From the human T2T-CHM13v2.0 reference genome, Homo sapiens: a DNA stretch of 64,000 nucleotides. A program made the translations under genes and the position numbers. The notes beneath the pieces were generated by a model, which saw only the letters and a program-made list of their open reading frames with translations, did not search any database and had not been told where the DNA came from. Position 1 is the stretch's first letter. Every line of letters begins with the position of its first letter. Of this stretch, positions 13,036-26,435 are shown one piece after another. The stretch lies in NCBI RefSeq assembly GCF_009914755.1, contig NC_060941.1. The stretch is one strand, 5' to 3'.

Positions 13036-15060
13036 TCCATTCCATTCCATTCCATTCCATTCCAGCTGATTTAATTGAATTCTATTCCATTCCATTCCAT
13101 TCCATTCCATTCCATTCCATTCCATTCCATTCAATTGTATTACATTCCATTGCATTCCACTCGTGTTGATTCCATTCCACTCCATTCCATTCTACTCCAT
13201 TTCACTCGGGTTGATTCCATTCCATTCCATTCCATTTCATTCCAATCCATTCCATTCCATTCTATTACACTCGTGTTAATTACATTCCATTCTATTCCAT
13301 TCCTTTCCATTCCATTCTATTCCATTCCTTTCCATTCCATTCCATTCCATTTGATTCATTTCAATTCTATTCCATGTCATTCCATTCCATTCCATTCCAT
13401 TCCATTCCATTCCATTCCATTCCATTCCATTAAATTCCATTCATTCCATTCCAGAAGGTTCAATTCCATTCTATTCCAATCCATTCCATTCTGTACCATT
13501 CCATTCTGGTCCATTCCAGTTGATTCAATTCCATTCTATTCCATTCCATTCCATTCCATTCCAATCCATTCCATTCGAATCGGTTTGTTTCCATTCCATT
13601 CCATTCCATTCGAATCCATTCCATTCCATTCCAGTTGATTTAATTCCATTCTATTCCATTGAATTCCATTCCATTCCAGTTGATTCTATTCCATTCAATT
13701 CCATTCCATTCCATTCCATTACTTTCCATTCCATTCCATTCCACTCGTGTTGATTTAATTCCATTGTATTCCATTCCATTCCACTTATTGCATTCCATTC
13801 CATCCCACTCGGGTTGATTCAATTCCATTCCATTCTATTCATTTCCATTGCATTCCATTCCACAACATTCGATTCCATTCCGTTCCATTACTTTCCGTTC
13901 CATGCCATTCCATTCGGTTCCATTCCATTCGGGTTGATTCAATTGCATTCTATTTCATTACATTCCATTCCATTCCACTCCATTCCATTCCATTCCTCTC
14001 AGGTTTATTCAAATTCATTCCATTCCATTCCATTGCATTCCATTCCATTCCATTCCACTCTGGTTGATTCAATTCCATTCTATTCCATTCCATCCCATTC
14101 CATTAAATTCCACTCGGGTTAATTCCATTCCATTCCATTCAATTCATTTCCTTTCCATTCCAGTTGATTCATTTCCATTCTATTTCATTCCATTCCATTC
14201 CATTCTATTCGGGTTGATTTATTCCCATTCTATTTAATTCCATTCCATTCCATTCCATTCCATTCCATTCCATTCCATTCCATTCCATTCCATTCCATTC
14301 CATTCCATTCGGGTTGATTCCATTCCACTCTATTCCATTCCATTCCATTCCTTTGCATACCATTACATTACATTCCACTCCACTCAGTTTGAATCAACCC
14401 CATTCTAATCCATTCCATTCCATTCCATTCAATTCTATTCCATTAAATTGCATTCCACTCGGGTTGATTCAATTCCATTTCATTCAATTCCATTTCATTC
14501 CAATCAAATTCATTCCATTCAATTCCAATCCACTCGGGTTGATTCCATTCCATTCCATTCCAATCCATTCCATTCCATGCTATTCCACTCGGATTAACTC
14601 TATTCCATTCAATTCCATTCTGTTCCATTCCATTCCATTCCAGTCAATTCCAGTGGATAGAATTCCATGGACTTCGATTCTATTCCATTCCATTCCAGTC
14701 AATTCCATTCCATTCCATCCCGTTCCATTCCATTCCATTCCATTCCATTCCATTCCATTCCATCCCATTCCATTCCATTCCATCCCACTCGGTTTTATTC
14801 AATTCCATTCTCTACTTTTCCGTTCCATTCCATTCCACTCCACTCCATTCGATTCAATGCCGTTCCGTTACATTCCATTGCATTCCATTCCATTCCATTC
14901 CATTCCATTCCCCTCGGGTTGATTCAATTCCATTCTATTCCATTGCATTCCATTCCATTCCATTCCATTCCATTCCATTCCATTCCATTCCATTCCAACG
15001 AATTCCACTCGGGTTAACCCATTCCATTCCATTCCATTCCATTCCATTCAATTCCATTCC

Positions 15061-15700
15061 AGTTGATTCAATTCCATTCCATTTAACTCTGTTCCATTCT
15101 GTTCCATTCCATTACATTGCATTCCACTCCCCTCGGGTTGATTCCATTCCATTCCATTCCATTCCTGTTGATTCAATTCCATCCTATTCCATGTCATTCC
15201 ACTCCATTACATTCCATTCCTATCCATTCCACTACATTCTATTCCATTCCATTCCATTCCAGTTGATTCAATTCCATTCTCTTCCATTCCATTCAATTCC
15301 CTTCCATTCCAGTTGATTCAATGCCATTGTATTCCATTACATTCCTTTCCATTCCATTCTATTCCATTCCATTCCATTCCATTCCATTCCATTCCATTCC
15401 ATTCCATCATATTCCTTTCCATTCCATTGCATTCCATTCAAGTTGATTCAATTCCATTCCATTTAACTCCATTCCATTGTGTTCCATTTCATTACATTCC
15501 ATTCCACTCCCCTGAGGTTGATTCCATTCCATTCCATTCCATTCCATTCCATTCCATTCCATTCCATTCCATTCCATTCCTTTCCATTCCATTCCATTCC
15601 ATTCCTGTTGATTCAATTCCATTCTATTCCATGTGATTCTACTCCACTCCATTCCATTCCTTATCATTCCACTACATTCCATTCCAGTTGATTCAATTCC
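15061..15700 (-). repeat. Local diverged duplication, offset ~380-440 bp
   Basis: AGTTGATTCAATTCCATTCCATTTAACTC...CACTCCCCT(CG/GA)GGTTG...ATTCCTGTTG...ACTACATTC starts at 15061 and again at 15441. Confidence 0.8.
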
Positions 15701-18700
15701 ATTCTATTCCGTTCCATTCCATTCCGTTCGTGTTGTTTCCATTCCATTCCATTACACTCCATTCCCTTCCATTCCATTCCATTCCATTCTTTCGGGTTGA
15801 TTCAATTCCATTCTATTCCATTCCATTCCATTCCATTACTTTCCATTCCATTCCATTACTTTCCATTCCATTCCATTCCATTGCATTCCATTCCATTCCC
15901 TTCCATTTCTCTATGCTCGGTGTGATTCAACACCATTCTATTCTGTTCCATTCCATTCCATTCCATTGCTTTCCATTCTATTCCATTCCATTGCATTCCA
16001 GTCAGGTTGATTCCATTCCATTCCATTCCATTCCATTCCATTCCATTCCATTCCACTCGGTTTGATTCCACTCCATTCCATTCCATTCCAATCCATTCCA
16101 TTCCATTCAATTCCAAATGGGTCGATTCCATTCCCTTCTATTCCATTCCATTCCATTCCATTCCTTTCCATTCTATTCCACTCTGGTAGATTGAATTCCA
16201 TTTCATTCCATTCCATTCCATTCAATTCCATTCCATTTAATTCTATGCCATTCCATTCCACTCGGGTTAATTTAATTCCATTCTATTCCGTTCCATTCCA
16301 TTCCATTGTATTCCATTCCGTTCCATTAAATTCCTTTATGTTTCATTGCATTCCATTCCATTCTATTCCATTCCTTTTGATTCAATTCCAATCTATTTAA
16401 CTCCATTCAATTCTGTTCCATTCCATTCCATTCCATTCCATTCCATATCATTCCATTCCACTCGGGTTGATTCCATTCCATTCCATTCCATTCTATTCCA
16501 TTCCATTCCATTTTATTTCATTCCAGTTGATTCAATTTCATTCTATTCCATGTCATTCCACTCCATTCCATTCCATTCCATTCCATTTGATTCAAATCCA
16601 CTCTATTCCATTCTGCTCCATTCCATTCTATTCCATTCCATTCCATTCCATTCCATTCAACTCCATTCCATTCCATTCCATTCCATTCCACTCCATTCCA
16701 TTCCAGGTGATTCCATTCCATTCCATTCCATTCCATTCCATTCCATTCCATTTCATTCAATTCTATTTTATTCCATTCCATTCCATTCCATTCCATTCCA
16801 TTCCATTCCATTCCATTCCATTCCATTCCATTAAATTCGATTCCAATCGGGTTCCTTTCCATTCCATTCCGCTCGGGTTGATTCCGTTCCATTCCATTCC
16901 ATTCCATTCCATTCCATTCCATTCCATTCCATTCCACTTCCCTGGGGTTGATTCAATTCCATCCTATTGCATTCCTTTGCATTCCATTCCATTCCATTCC
17001 ACTCGGGTTGATTCAATTCCGTTCTATTCCATTCCATTCCATTCCATTCCATTCCATTCCATTCCATTCCATTCCATTCCATTCCATTCCACTCTGGTTA
17101 ATTCAATTCCATTCCATTCCATTCCATTCCATTTCATTCCATTCATTCCATTCCATTCCAGTTTTTCCAATTCCATAATATTTTACTCCGTTACATTCTG
17201 TTCCATTCCATGCCATTCCATTCCTTTCCACTCGGGATGATTCCATTCCATTCCATTCCATTCCGTTCCATCCCAGTTGTTTCAATTCCATTCTATTCCA
17301 TGTCATTCCACTCCATTCCATTCCATTCCATTCCATTCCATATCACTAAATTCCATTCCATTCCATTTCATTCCAGTTGATTCAATTCCATTCGATTCCT
17401 TTCAATTTCATTCAATTCCAGGTGATTCAATTCCAGTCTATTCCATTTCTTTCCATTCTATTCCATTTCATTCCAGTTGATTCAATTCCATTCTATTCTA
17501 TTTCATTCCATGCCATTCCTTTCCATTCCATTCTATTCCAGATGATTCAATTCCATTCTATGAAATTCCATTCCATTCCATTCCTGTTGATTCATTTTTG
17601 TTCTATTCCATTGCATTCCATTCCATTCCTTTCCATTCCATTCCATTCTAGTTGATTCAATTCCAATCTATTCCATTCTAGTCCATTCCATTGCATTGCA
17701 TTCCATTCCATTCCACTCGTGGTGATTCAATTCCAATCTGTTCGATTCTAGTCAATTCCATTCCATTCCATTTCATTTCACTCCATTCGGGTTGATTCAA
17801 TTCCATGCCATTCCATTCCATTCCATTCCTTTCCATTCCACTCTGTTTCATTCCATGCCATTTCATTCCATTCCGTTCCACTCGGATTGATTCCGTTCCA
17901 TTCCATTCCTTTCCACACAATTCCATTCCATTGCATTCCAATTGATTCCATTCCATTCCATTCAATTTCATTCCATTCCACTGCTCTTGGATTCATTCCA
18001 TTCCATTCCATTCCATTGCATTCCATTCCACTTGGGTTGATTCCATTCCATTCCATTCCATTGCATTCCATTCCATTCCATACCATTCCATTCCACTCTT
18101 TTTGATTCAATTACATTCCATTCCATTCCCTTCCAATCCATTCCATTCCATTGCATTCCACTCGGATTTATTCAATTCTATTCTATTGGATTCCATTCCA
18201 TTTAATTCCATTCCATTCCATTCCATTCGGTTCATCTCGTGTAGATTCCATTCCATTCCATTCCATTCCATTTAAAACCATTCCATTCCATTCCATTCCA
18301 TTCCATTCCATTCCATTCCACTCGGATTGAATCCATTCCATTCCATTCCATTTCATTCCATTCCATTCCAGTTGATTCAAATCCATTCTAATCCATTCCA
18401 TTCCATTCCATTCCATTCCAGTTGATTCAAATCCATTCTATTCCATTCCATTCCATTGCATTCCATTCCATTCCTTTCCATTCCAGTCCGTTTGATTCCA
18501 TTCCGTTCCATTACATTGCATTCCTTTTAGTTACATTACATTACATTACAGTTGATTCACTTCCTTTCTATTCCATTCCATTCCATTCCATTCCATTCCA
18601 TTCCATTCCATTTATGTTAATTCAATTCCAATCCATTCCATTCCATTCCACTCCATTCCATTGCATTCCATTCCAATCCATTCCATTCCACTCGGTTTGA

Positions 18701-21700
18701 TTGCATTCCATTCCATTCCATTCCAGTTGATTTCATTCCCTTCTATTCTATTCAATTCCTTTCCATTCCAGTCCATTCCTTTCCATTCAAATCGGATGGA
18801 TTCAATTGCATTCTATTCGATTCCATTCCATTCCTTTCCATTCAATTCCATTTCATTCCATTCCATTACACTCGGGTTGATTCCATTCCATTCCAGTCCA
18901 TCCATTTCTTTCCATTCCATTCCACTCGTGTTGTTTTCATTCCATTCCATTCCATTCCATTCCATTCCATTCCACTCCATTCCATTCCATTCCATTCCAT
19001 TCCACTCCATTCCACTCGGATTGATTCAATTCCATTCTATTACATTCGATTCCATTCCATTCCATTCCACTGCATTCCATTACAATACATTTCACCCAGG
19101 TATATTCAGTTCCATTCCATTCCATTCCATTCCATTCCATTCCATTCCGCTGGTTATGATTCCATTCCATTCCATTCCAATACATTCCATCCCTTTCCAT
19201 TCCATTCCAATCCGTTCCATTCCATTCCATTCCACTCGGGTTGATTCTGCTGCATTCCATTCCATTCCATTCTATTCCATTCCATTCCATTCCATTCCAT
19301 TACAGTTGATTCAATCCTATTCTATTCCATTCTATTCCATTCCATTCCACTCCATTCCCTTAAATTCCATTCCATTCCATTCCATTCCATTCCATTCCAT
19401 TCCACTCGGGATGATTCAAATCCGTTCTATTGCATTCCATTCAATTCCATTCCACTCCCCTCGGATTCATTCAATTCCATTCTATTCTATTCCATTCCAT
19501 TCCACTCCATTCCATTCCATTCCATTCCATTCCATTCCATTCCATTCCACTCCATTCCATTCCTTTGCACTCGGGGTGATTCCATTCCATTCCATTCCAC
19601 TCCATTCAATTCCATTCCGTTCCATTCCATTCCGCTCCACCCCACTCTACTCCATTCCATTGCATTACTCTCGTGTAGATTCCATTCCATTCCAATCTAT
19701 TCCATTCCATTCAACTCGAGATGATTCAATTCCATCCTATTGTATTCCATTCCATTCCCTTCCATTCCATTCCTTTCCATTCCATTCCATTCCATTCCAT
19801 TCCATTCCATTCCAATCCATTCCAATCTGGTTGATTCCATTCCATTCTATTCCATCCAGTTCCATTCCATTCCATTGCAATCCATTCCATTCCAATCGCG
19901 TTGATTCAATTCCGTTCTGTTCCATTCAATTCCATTCCATTCCAGTCCATTCCATTCCATTCCACTCCGGTTGATTCCATTCCGTTTCATTCCATTACGT
20001 TACATTCTATTCGATTCCATTCCATTCCACTCGATTTTTCCATTCCATTCCATTCCATTCGATTCCAATCCATTCCATTTCAATCCATTCTCTCGGATTG
20101 ATTCCATTCCATTCCATTCCATTCCATTCCATTCCATTCCATTCCATTCCATTGCACTCGTGTTGAATGCATTCCATTCCATTCCATTCCATTCCATTCC
20201 ATTCCATTCCATTGCACTCGTGTAGAATGCATTCCATTCCATTCCATTCCATTCAAATTCATTCAATTCCATTCCATTCCATTCCATTCCATCCCAGTCC
20301 ACCAGGTTGATTCTATTCCATTCCATTCCATTCCATTCCATTCCATTCCATTCCATTCCATTCCATTCCATTCCAGTAGTTTCCATTCCATTCCATTCCA
20401 TTCCAGTCGGGTTGATTCCTTTCCATTTCATTCCATTGCGTTCCATTTCATTCCATTCCATTCCATGCTATTCCATTCCATTCCCATTGATTCCATTCCA
20501 TTCCATTCCATTCCATTCCATTCCACTCCCCTTGGGTTGATTCCATTCCATTGCATTTCATTCCATTCCATTCCAATCGGGTTGATTCCATTCCATTCCA
20601 TTCCATTCCATTCCATTCCATTCCATTCCATTCCATTCCAGTTGATTCAATTCCATTCCAATACATTCCTTTCCATTCCCTGACCTTCCATTCCATTCCC
20701 TTCCATTCTATTCCACTCGGGTTGATTCAGTTCCATTCTATTCCATTCCATTCCATTCCATTCCATTCCATTCCATTCCATTCCATTCCATTCCAATTAA
20801 TTCTATTCCATTCTATTCCATTCCATACAGTTCCATTCCATTCCATTCCATTCCACACCATTCCATTCCATTCCACTGCACTCGTGTTGATCCCATTCCA
20901 TTTCATTCCATTCTGTTCCTTTCCGTTCCATTCCACCCCATTCCATTCCTTTGCACTCGGGTTGATTCTATTCCATTCCATTCCATTGCATTCCACTCCA
21001 TTCAATTCCATTCCATTACATTCCATTCCACTCCACTCCACTCCACTCCATTCCATTCCATTCCATTCCTCTCATGTAGATTCCTTTCCATTCCATTCCA
21101 TTCCATTCCATTCCATTCCATTCCACTCGGTATCATTCAATTCCATCCTATTACTTTCTATTCCATTCCCTTCCCTTCCATTCCATTCCATTCCAATCCA
21201 TTCCACTCGGGTTGAATCAATTCCATTCTATTCCTTTCCATTCCATTCCATTCCTTTCCATTCCATTCCAATCCATTCCAGGTGATTCAATTCCATTCTT
21301 TTCCATTTCATTCCTTTCCAGTTGATTCAATTCCATTCCATTCCATTCCTTTACATTCTATTCCATTCCAGGTGAATCAATTCCATTCTATTCCATTCAA
21401 TTCCATTCCATTCAATTCCATTCCAGTTGATTTAATTCCTTCTATTTCATTCCATTCCATTCCATTCCATTCCATTACATTAGATTTCATTCCACTCGGG
21501 ATGATTCAATTCCATTCCATTCCATTCCAGTTGATTCAATTCTATTCCATTCCATTCCATTCCATTCATTTGCATTCTTGTTTATTCAATTCCACTCTAT
21601 TCCATTCCATTCCATGACATTCCACTTGTGTTCATTCAATTCCATTCCATTCAATTCCATTCCATTCCATTCAATTCCATTCCATTACATTCCATTTCTC

Positions 21701-21735
21701 TCTGTTTGATTCCATTCCGTTCAATTCCATTCAAT

Positions 21736-24213
21736 TCCATTCCATTCCATTGCATTCCAGTTGATTCAATTCCATTCTATTCCATTCCATTCCATTCTAT
21801 TCCATTCCATTACATTCCATTCCAGTTGATTCCTTTCCATTCCGTTCCACTCCATTCAATTCCATTCCATTGCATTTCATTTCACTTGGATTGATTCAAT
21901 TCCATTCTATTCCATTCCATTCCAATCCATTCCATTCCATTCTACTCCGGTTGATTACATTCAATTCCATTCCATTACTTTACATTCCATTCCATTCCAT
22001 TCCACTCGAGTTTTCAATTCCATTCCATTCCATTCCCTTCCAATCCATTCCATTTCAATCCATTCTCTCGGATTGATTCCATTCCATTGCATTCCATTCC
22101 ATTTCATTCCATTACATTATATTACATTCCACTCGGTTTCATTCCATTCCATTCCATTCCATTCCATTCCATTCCATTCCATTCCATTGCACTCGTGTTG
22201 AATCCACTCCATTCCATTCCATTCAATTTCATTCAATTGCATTCCATTCCATTCCATTTAATTCCATTTTATTCCTTTCCATTCCCCTCGGGTTGATTCC
22301 ATTCCATTCCTCTGCATTCCATTCCATTCCAATCCACTCGGGTTGATCCCATTCCATTCCTTTCCATTCCATTCCACTCTGGTTGATTCCATTCCATTGC
22401 ATTATTTTCCATTCCATTCCATTCCTTTCCACTCCATTCAAATCAATTCCACTCCACTCGGGTTGGGCGCATTCCATTCCATTCAATTCCATTCCTCTTG
22501 GGTTGATTCCATTCCTTTCCATTCCATTCCATTCCATTCCTCACGGGTTGATTCCATTCCATTCAATTCCATTCCATTCCATTCCATTCCACTCGGGTTG
22601 ATTCCATTCCATTCCATTCCATTCCATTTCATTCGGTTTATTCCATTCCATTCCATTCCATTCCATGCCATTCCACTCCATCCCAGTCTACTCCAGTCCA
22701 CTCCACTCCATTAGGGTTGAATTCATTCCATTCCATTCCATTCTGTTCCATTCCATTCCATTACATTCTATTCCACTGGGATTGATTCCATTCCATTCCA
22801 TTCCGTTCCGTTCCTTTGATAGGCATTGCATTCCATTCCATTCCATTTCATTGCATTCCATTCCACTCGGATTGATTCCATTCCATGCCATTTGATTCAA
22901 TTCCATTCTATTCCATTCCATTCCATTCCACTCCACTCAGGTTGATTCCATTCAATTGCATTCCACTCCATTCCATTCCATTGCATTCCAGTTGATTCAA
23001 TTCCATTCTATTCCATTCCATTCCATTCTATTCCATTCCATTACATTCCATTCCAGTTGATTCCTTTCCATTCCGTTCCACTCCATTCAATTCCATTCCA
23101 TTGCATTTCATTTCACTTGGATTGATTCAATTCCATTCTATTCCATTCCATTCCAATCCATTCCATTCCATTCTACTCCGGTTGATTACATTCAATTCCA
23201 TTCCATTACTTTACATTCCATTCCATTCCATTCCACTCGAGTTTTCAATTCCATTCCATTCCATTCCCTTCCAATCCATTCCATTTCAATCCATTCTCTC
23301 GGATTGATTCCATTCCATTGCATTCCATTCCATTTCATTCCATTACATTATATTACATTCCACTCGGTTTCATTCCATTCCATTCCATTCCATTCCATTC
23401 CATTCCATTCCATTCCATTGCACTCGTGTTGAATCCACTCCATTCCATTCCATTCAATTTCATTCAATTGCATTCCATTCCATTCCATTTAATTCCATTT
23501 TATTCCTTTCCATTCCCCTCGGGTTGATTCCATTCCATTCCTCTGCATTCCATTCCATTCCAATCCACTCGGGTTGATCCCATTCCATTCCTTTCCATTC
23601 CATTCCACTCTGGTTGATTCCATTCCATTGCATTATTTTCCATTCCATTCCATTCCTTTCCACTCCATTCAAATCAATTCCACTCCACTCGGGTTGGGCG
23701 CATTCCATTCCATTCAATTCCATTCCTCTTGGGTTGATTCCATTCCTTTCCATTCCATTCCATTCCATTCCTCACGGGTTGATTCCATTCCATTCAATTC
23801 CATTCCATTCCATTCCATTCCACTCGGGTTGATTCCATTCCATTCCATTCCATTCCATTTCATTCGGTTTATTCCATTCCATTCCATTCCATTCCATGCC
23901 ATTCCACTCCATCCCAGTCTACTCCAGTCCACTCCACTCCATTAGGGTTGAATTCATTCCATTCCATTCCATTCTGTTCCATTCCATTCCATTACATTCT
24001 ATTCCACTGGGATTGATTCCATTCCATTCCATTCCGTTCCGTTCCTTTGATAGGCATTGCATTCCATTCCATTCCATTTCATTGCATTCCATTCCACTCG
24101 GATTGATTCCATTCCATGCCATTTGATTCAATTCCATTCTATTCCATTCCATTCCATTCCACTCCACTCAGGTTGATTCCATTCAATTGCATTCCACTCC
24201 ATTCCATTCCATT
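21736..24213 (-). repeat. Apparently perfect 1,231-bp tandem duplication (21736-22966 / 22967-24197, plus 16 bp of junction homology)
   Basis: Eight ORF translations recur identically at +1231 (e.g. 21870/23101, 22229/23460, 22688/23919). The rare word CCTTTGATAGGCATTGC occurs at ~22813 and ~24044. Identity breaks at 21735/22966 and 22983/24214. Confidence 0.93.
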
Positions 24214-26300
24214 CCGTTACATTCCACTCTGGTTGATTGCATTCCATTGCATTCCATTCCATTCTATTCCATTCCATTCCATTCCACACCACTCGGGTTT
24301 ATATCATTCCATTACACTCCATTCCATTCCATTCCATTCCTCTCGGGTTGATTCCATTCCGTTGCATACCATTCCATTCAATTCCATTCCATCCCATTCC
24401 ACTCCATTCCACTCTGGTTGATTCCATCCTATCCCATTCCATTCCATTCAGGTTGATTTCATTCCATTCCATTCCATTCCATTCCATTCCATTCCATTCC
24501 ATTCCATTCAATTTCACTCGGGTTGATTCCATTCCATTCCATTCCATTCCATTCCATTCCATTCCATTCCATTCCATTCCATTCCATTTCGTTCCATTCC
24601 ATTCTATTCCATTCCACTCGGTTTGATTCCATTCCATTGAATTCCATTCCATTCCATTCCACTCAGGTTGATTCCATTCCATTCCATTTCGTTCCATTCC
24701 AATCCATTCCATTCCCTTCCATTCCATTCCACTCGAGTTGATTCCATTCCTTTCCATTCCAATTGTGTTGATATTCCATTCCATTCCATTCCATTCCATT
24801 CCATTCCATTCCATTCCATTCCATTACTGTTGATTCAATTCTATTCTATTCCATTCAATTCCATTCCATTCCACTCCATTCCCTTAAATTCCATTCCATT
24901 CCCTTCCATTCCATACACTTCCATTCCATTCCATTCCATTCCATTCCATTCCATTCCACTGGGGTGTTTCAAATCCATTCTATTGCATTCCATTCCATTG
25001 CATTCCAATCCCCTCGGATTCATTCAATTCCATTCCATTCCATTCCATTCCACTCCATTCCATTCCATTCCATTCCATTCCACTCCATTCCATTCCATTC
25101 CATTCCACTTGGGTTGATTCCATTCCATTCCTTTCCATTCCATTTCATTCCATTCCATACTGTTTCATTCCACTCTGGTTCATTCCATTCCATTCAATTC
25201 CATTCCATTCCATTCCATTCCATTCCAATCCATTCCATTCCATTCCATTCCATTCAACTCGGATTGATTCAATTCCATTCTATTCCATTCCATTCCATTC
25301 AACTACATTCCATTCCCCTCTTTTAGATTCCATGACATTCCATTCCATTCCATTCCAATCTCTTCCACTCGGGTTGATTCCATTCCATTCCATGCCTTTA
25401 GAATACATTCCATTCCTTTCCATTCCATTCCAGTTTATTCAATTCAACTCAATTGCATCCAATTGCATTCCATTCCACTCCATTCCTTTCCTTTCCATTA
25501 CACTTGATTCCATTCCATTCCATTCCATTCCAGTTGATTCAATTCCATTCTATTCCATTCAGTTCCATTCCATTCCATTCCATGCCATTCCAATTCATTC
25601 CATTCCATTCCATTCCATTCATTTCCAATCCATTCCTCTCGTGTTGATTCCATTCCATTTCATTCCATTCCATTCCAATCCATTCCACTCCATTCCATTC
25701 AACTCCACTCGTGTTGATTCAATTACATTCTATTCCATTCCAATCCATTCCATTCCATTCCATTCCATTCAACTCGGGTTGATTCAATTCCATTCCAATC
25801 CATTTCATTCTATTTCATTCCAATCCACTCCATTCCATTCCACTCGGGTTGATTCCATTTCAATCCACTCCAATCCATTCCATTCCATCAAATTCCATTC
25901 CCTCCCAATCCATTCCATTCCATTCCAGCTGATTCAATTCCATTCCATTCCATTCGGGTTGATTCCATTCCATTCCCTTCGATTCCATTCCATTACATTC
26001 CATTCCAATTGATTCCATTCCATTCCATTCCATTCAATTCCATTCCAATCAGGTTGATTCCATTCCATTCCATTCCATTCCATTCGATTCCATTCCTTGG
26101 CATTCCATTCCACTCCAGTTGATTAAATTTCATTCTAATCCATGTCATTCCATTCCAATCCATTCCATTCCCTTCCAGTCCATTCCACTCCAGATGTTTC
26201 AATTTCATTCTATTCCATTGCATCGCATTCCATTCCATTCCATTCCAGTTGATTCAATTCTATTCTATTTCATTCCATTCCATTCCATTCCACTCCATTC

Positions 26301-26435
26301 CATTCCTTTACAAACTGGTTGTTTCAATTCAATTCCATGCTGTTCCATTCCATTCTACTCCATTCCATTCCTTTACAAACTGGTTGTTTCAATTCAATTC
26401 CATGCTGTTCCATTCCATTCTACTCCATTCCATTC
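26301..26435 (-). repeat. 65-bp tandem duplication
   Basis: CTTTACAAACTGGTTGTTTCAATTCAATTCCATGCTGTTCC occurs at 26306 and 26371. Confidence 0.92.

Noticed and set aside
12244-13185. 313-aa ORF switching from MEWNG to IPFHS repeats (apparent two-domain protein)
   Set aside because: It simply reads through the strand-switch junction.
12000-14050. Exact fold-back palindrome (breakage-fusion-bridge or read-chimera type) at the switch
   Set aside because: Variant motifs on the two sides are not mirror images; exact symmetry is only 4 bp.
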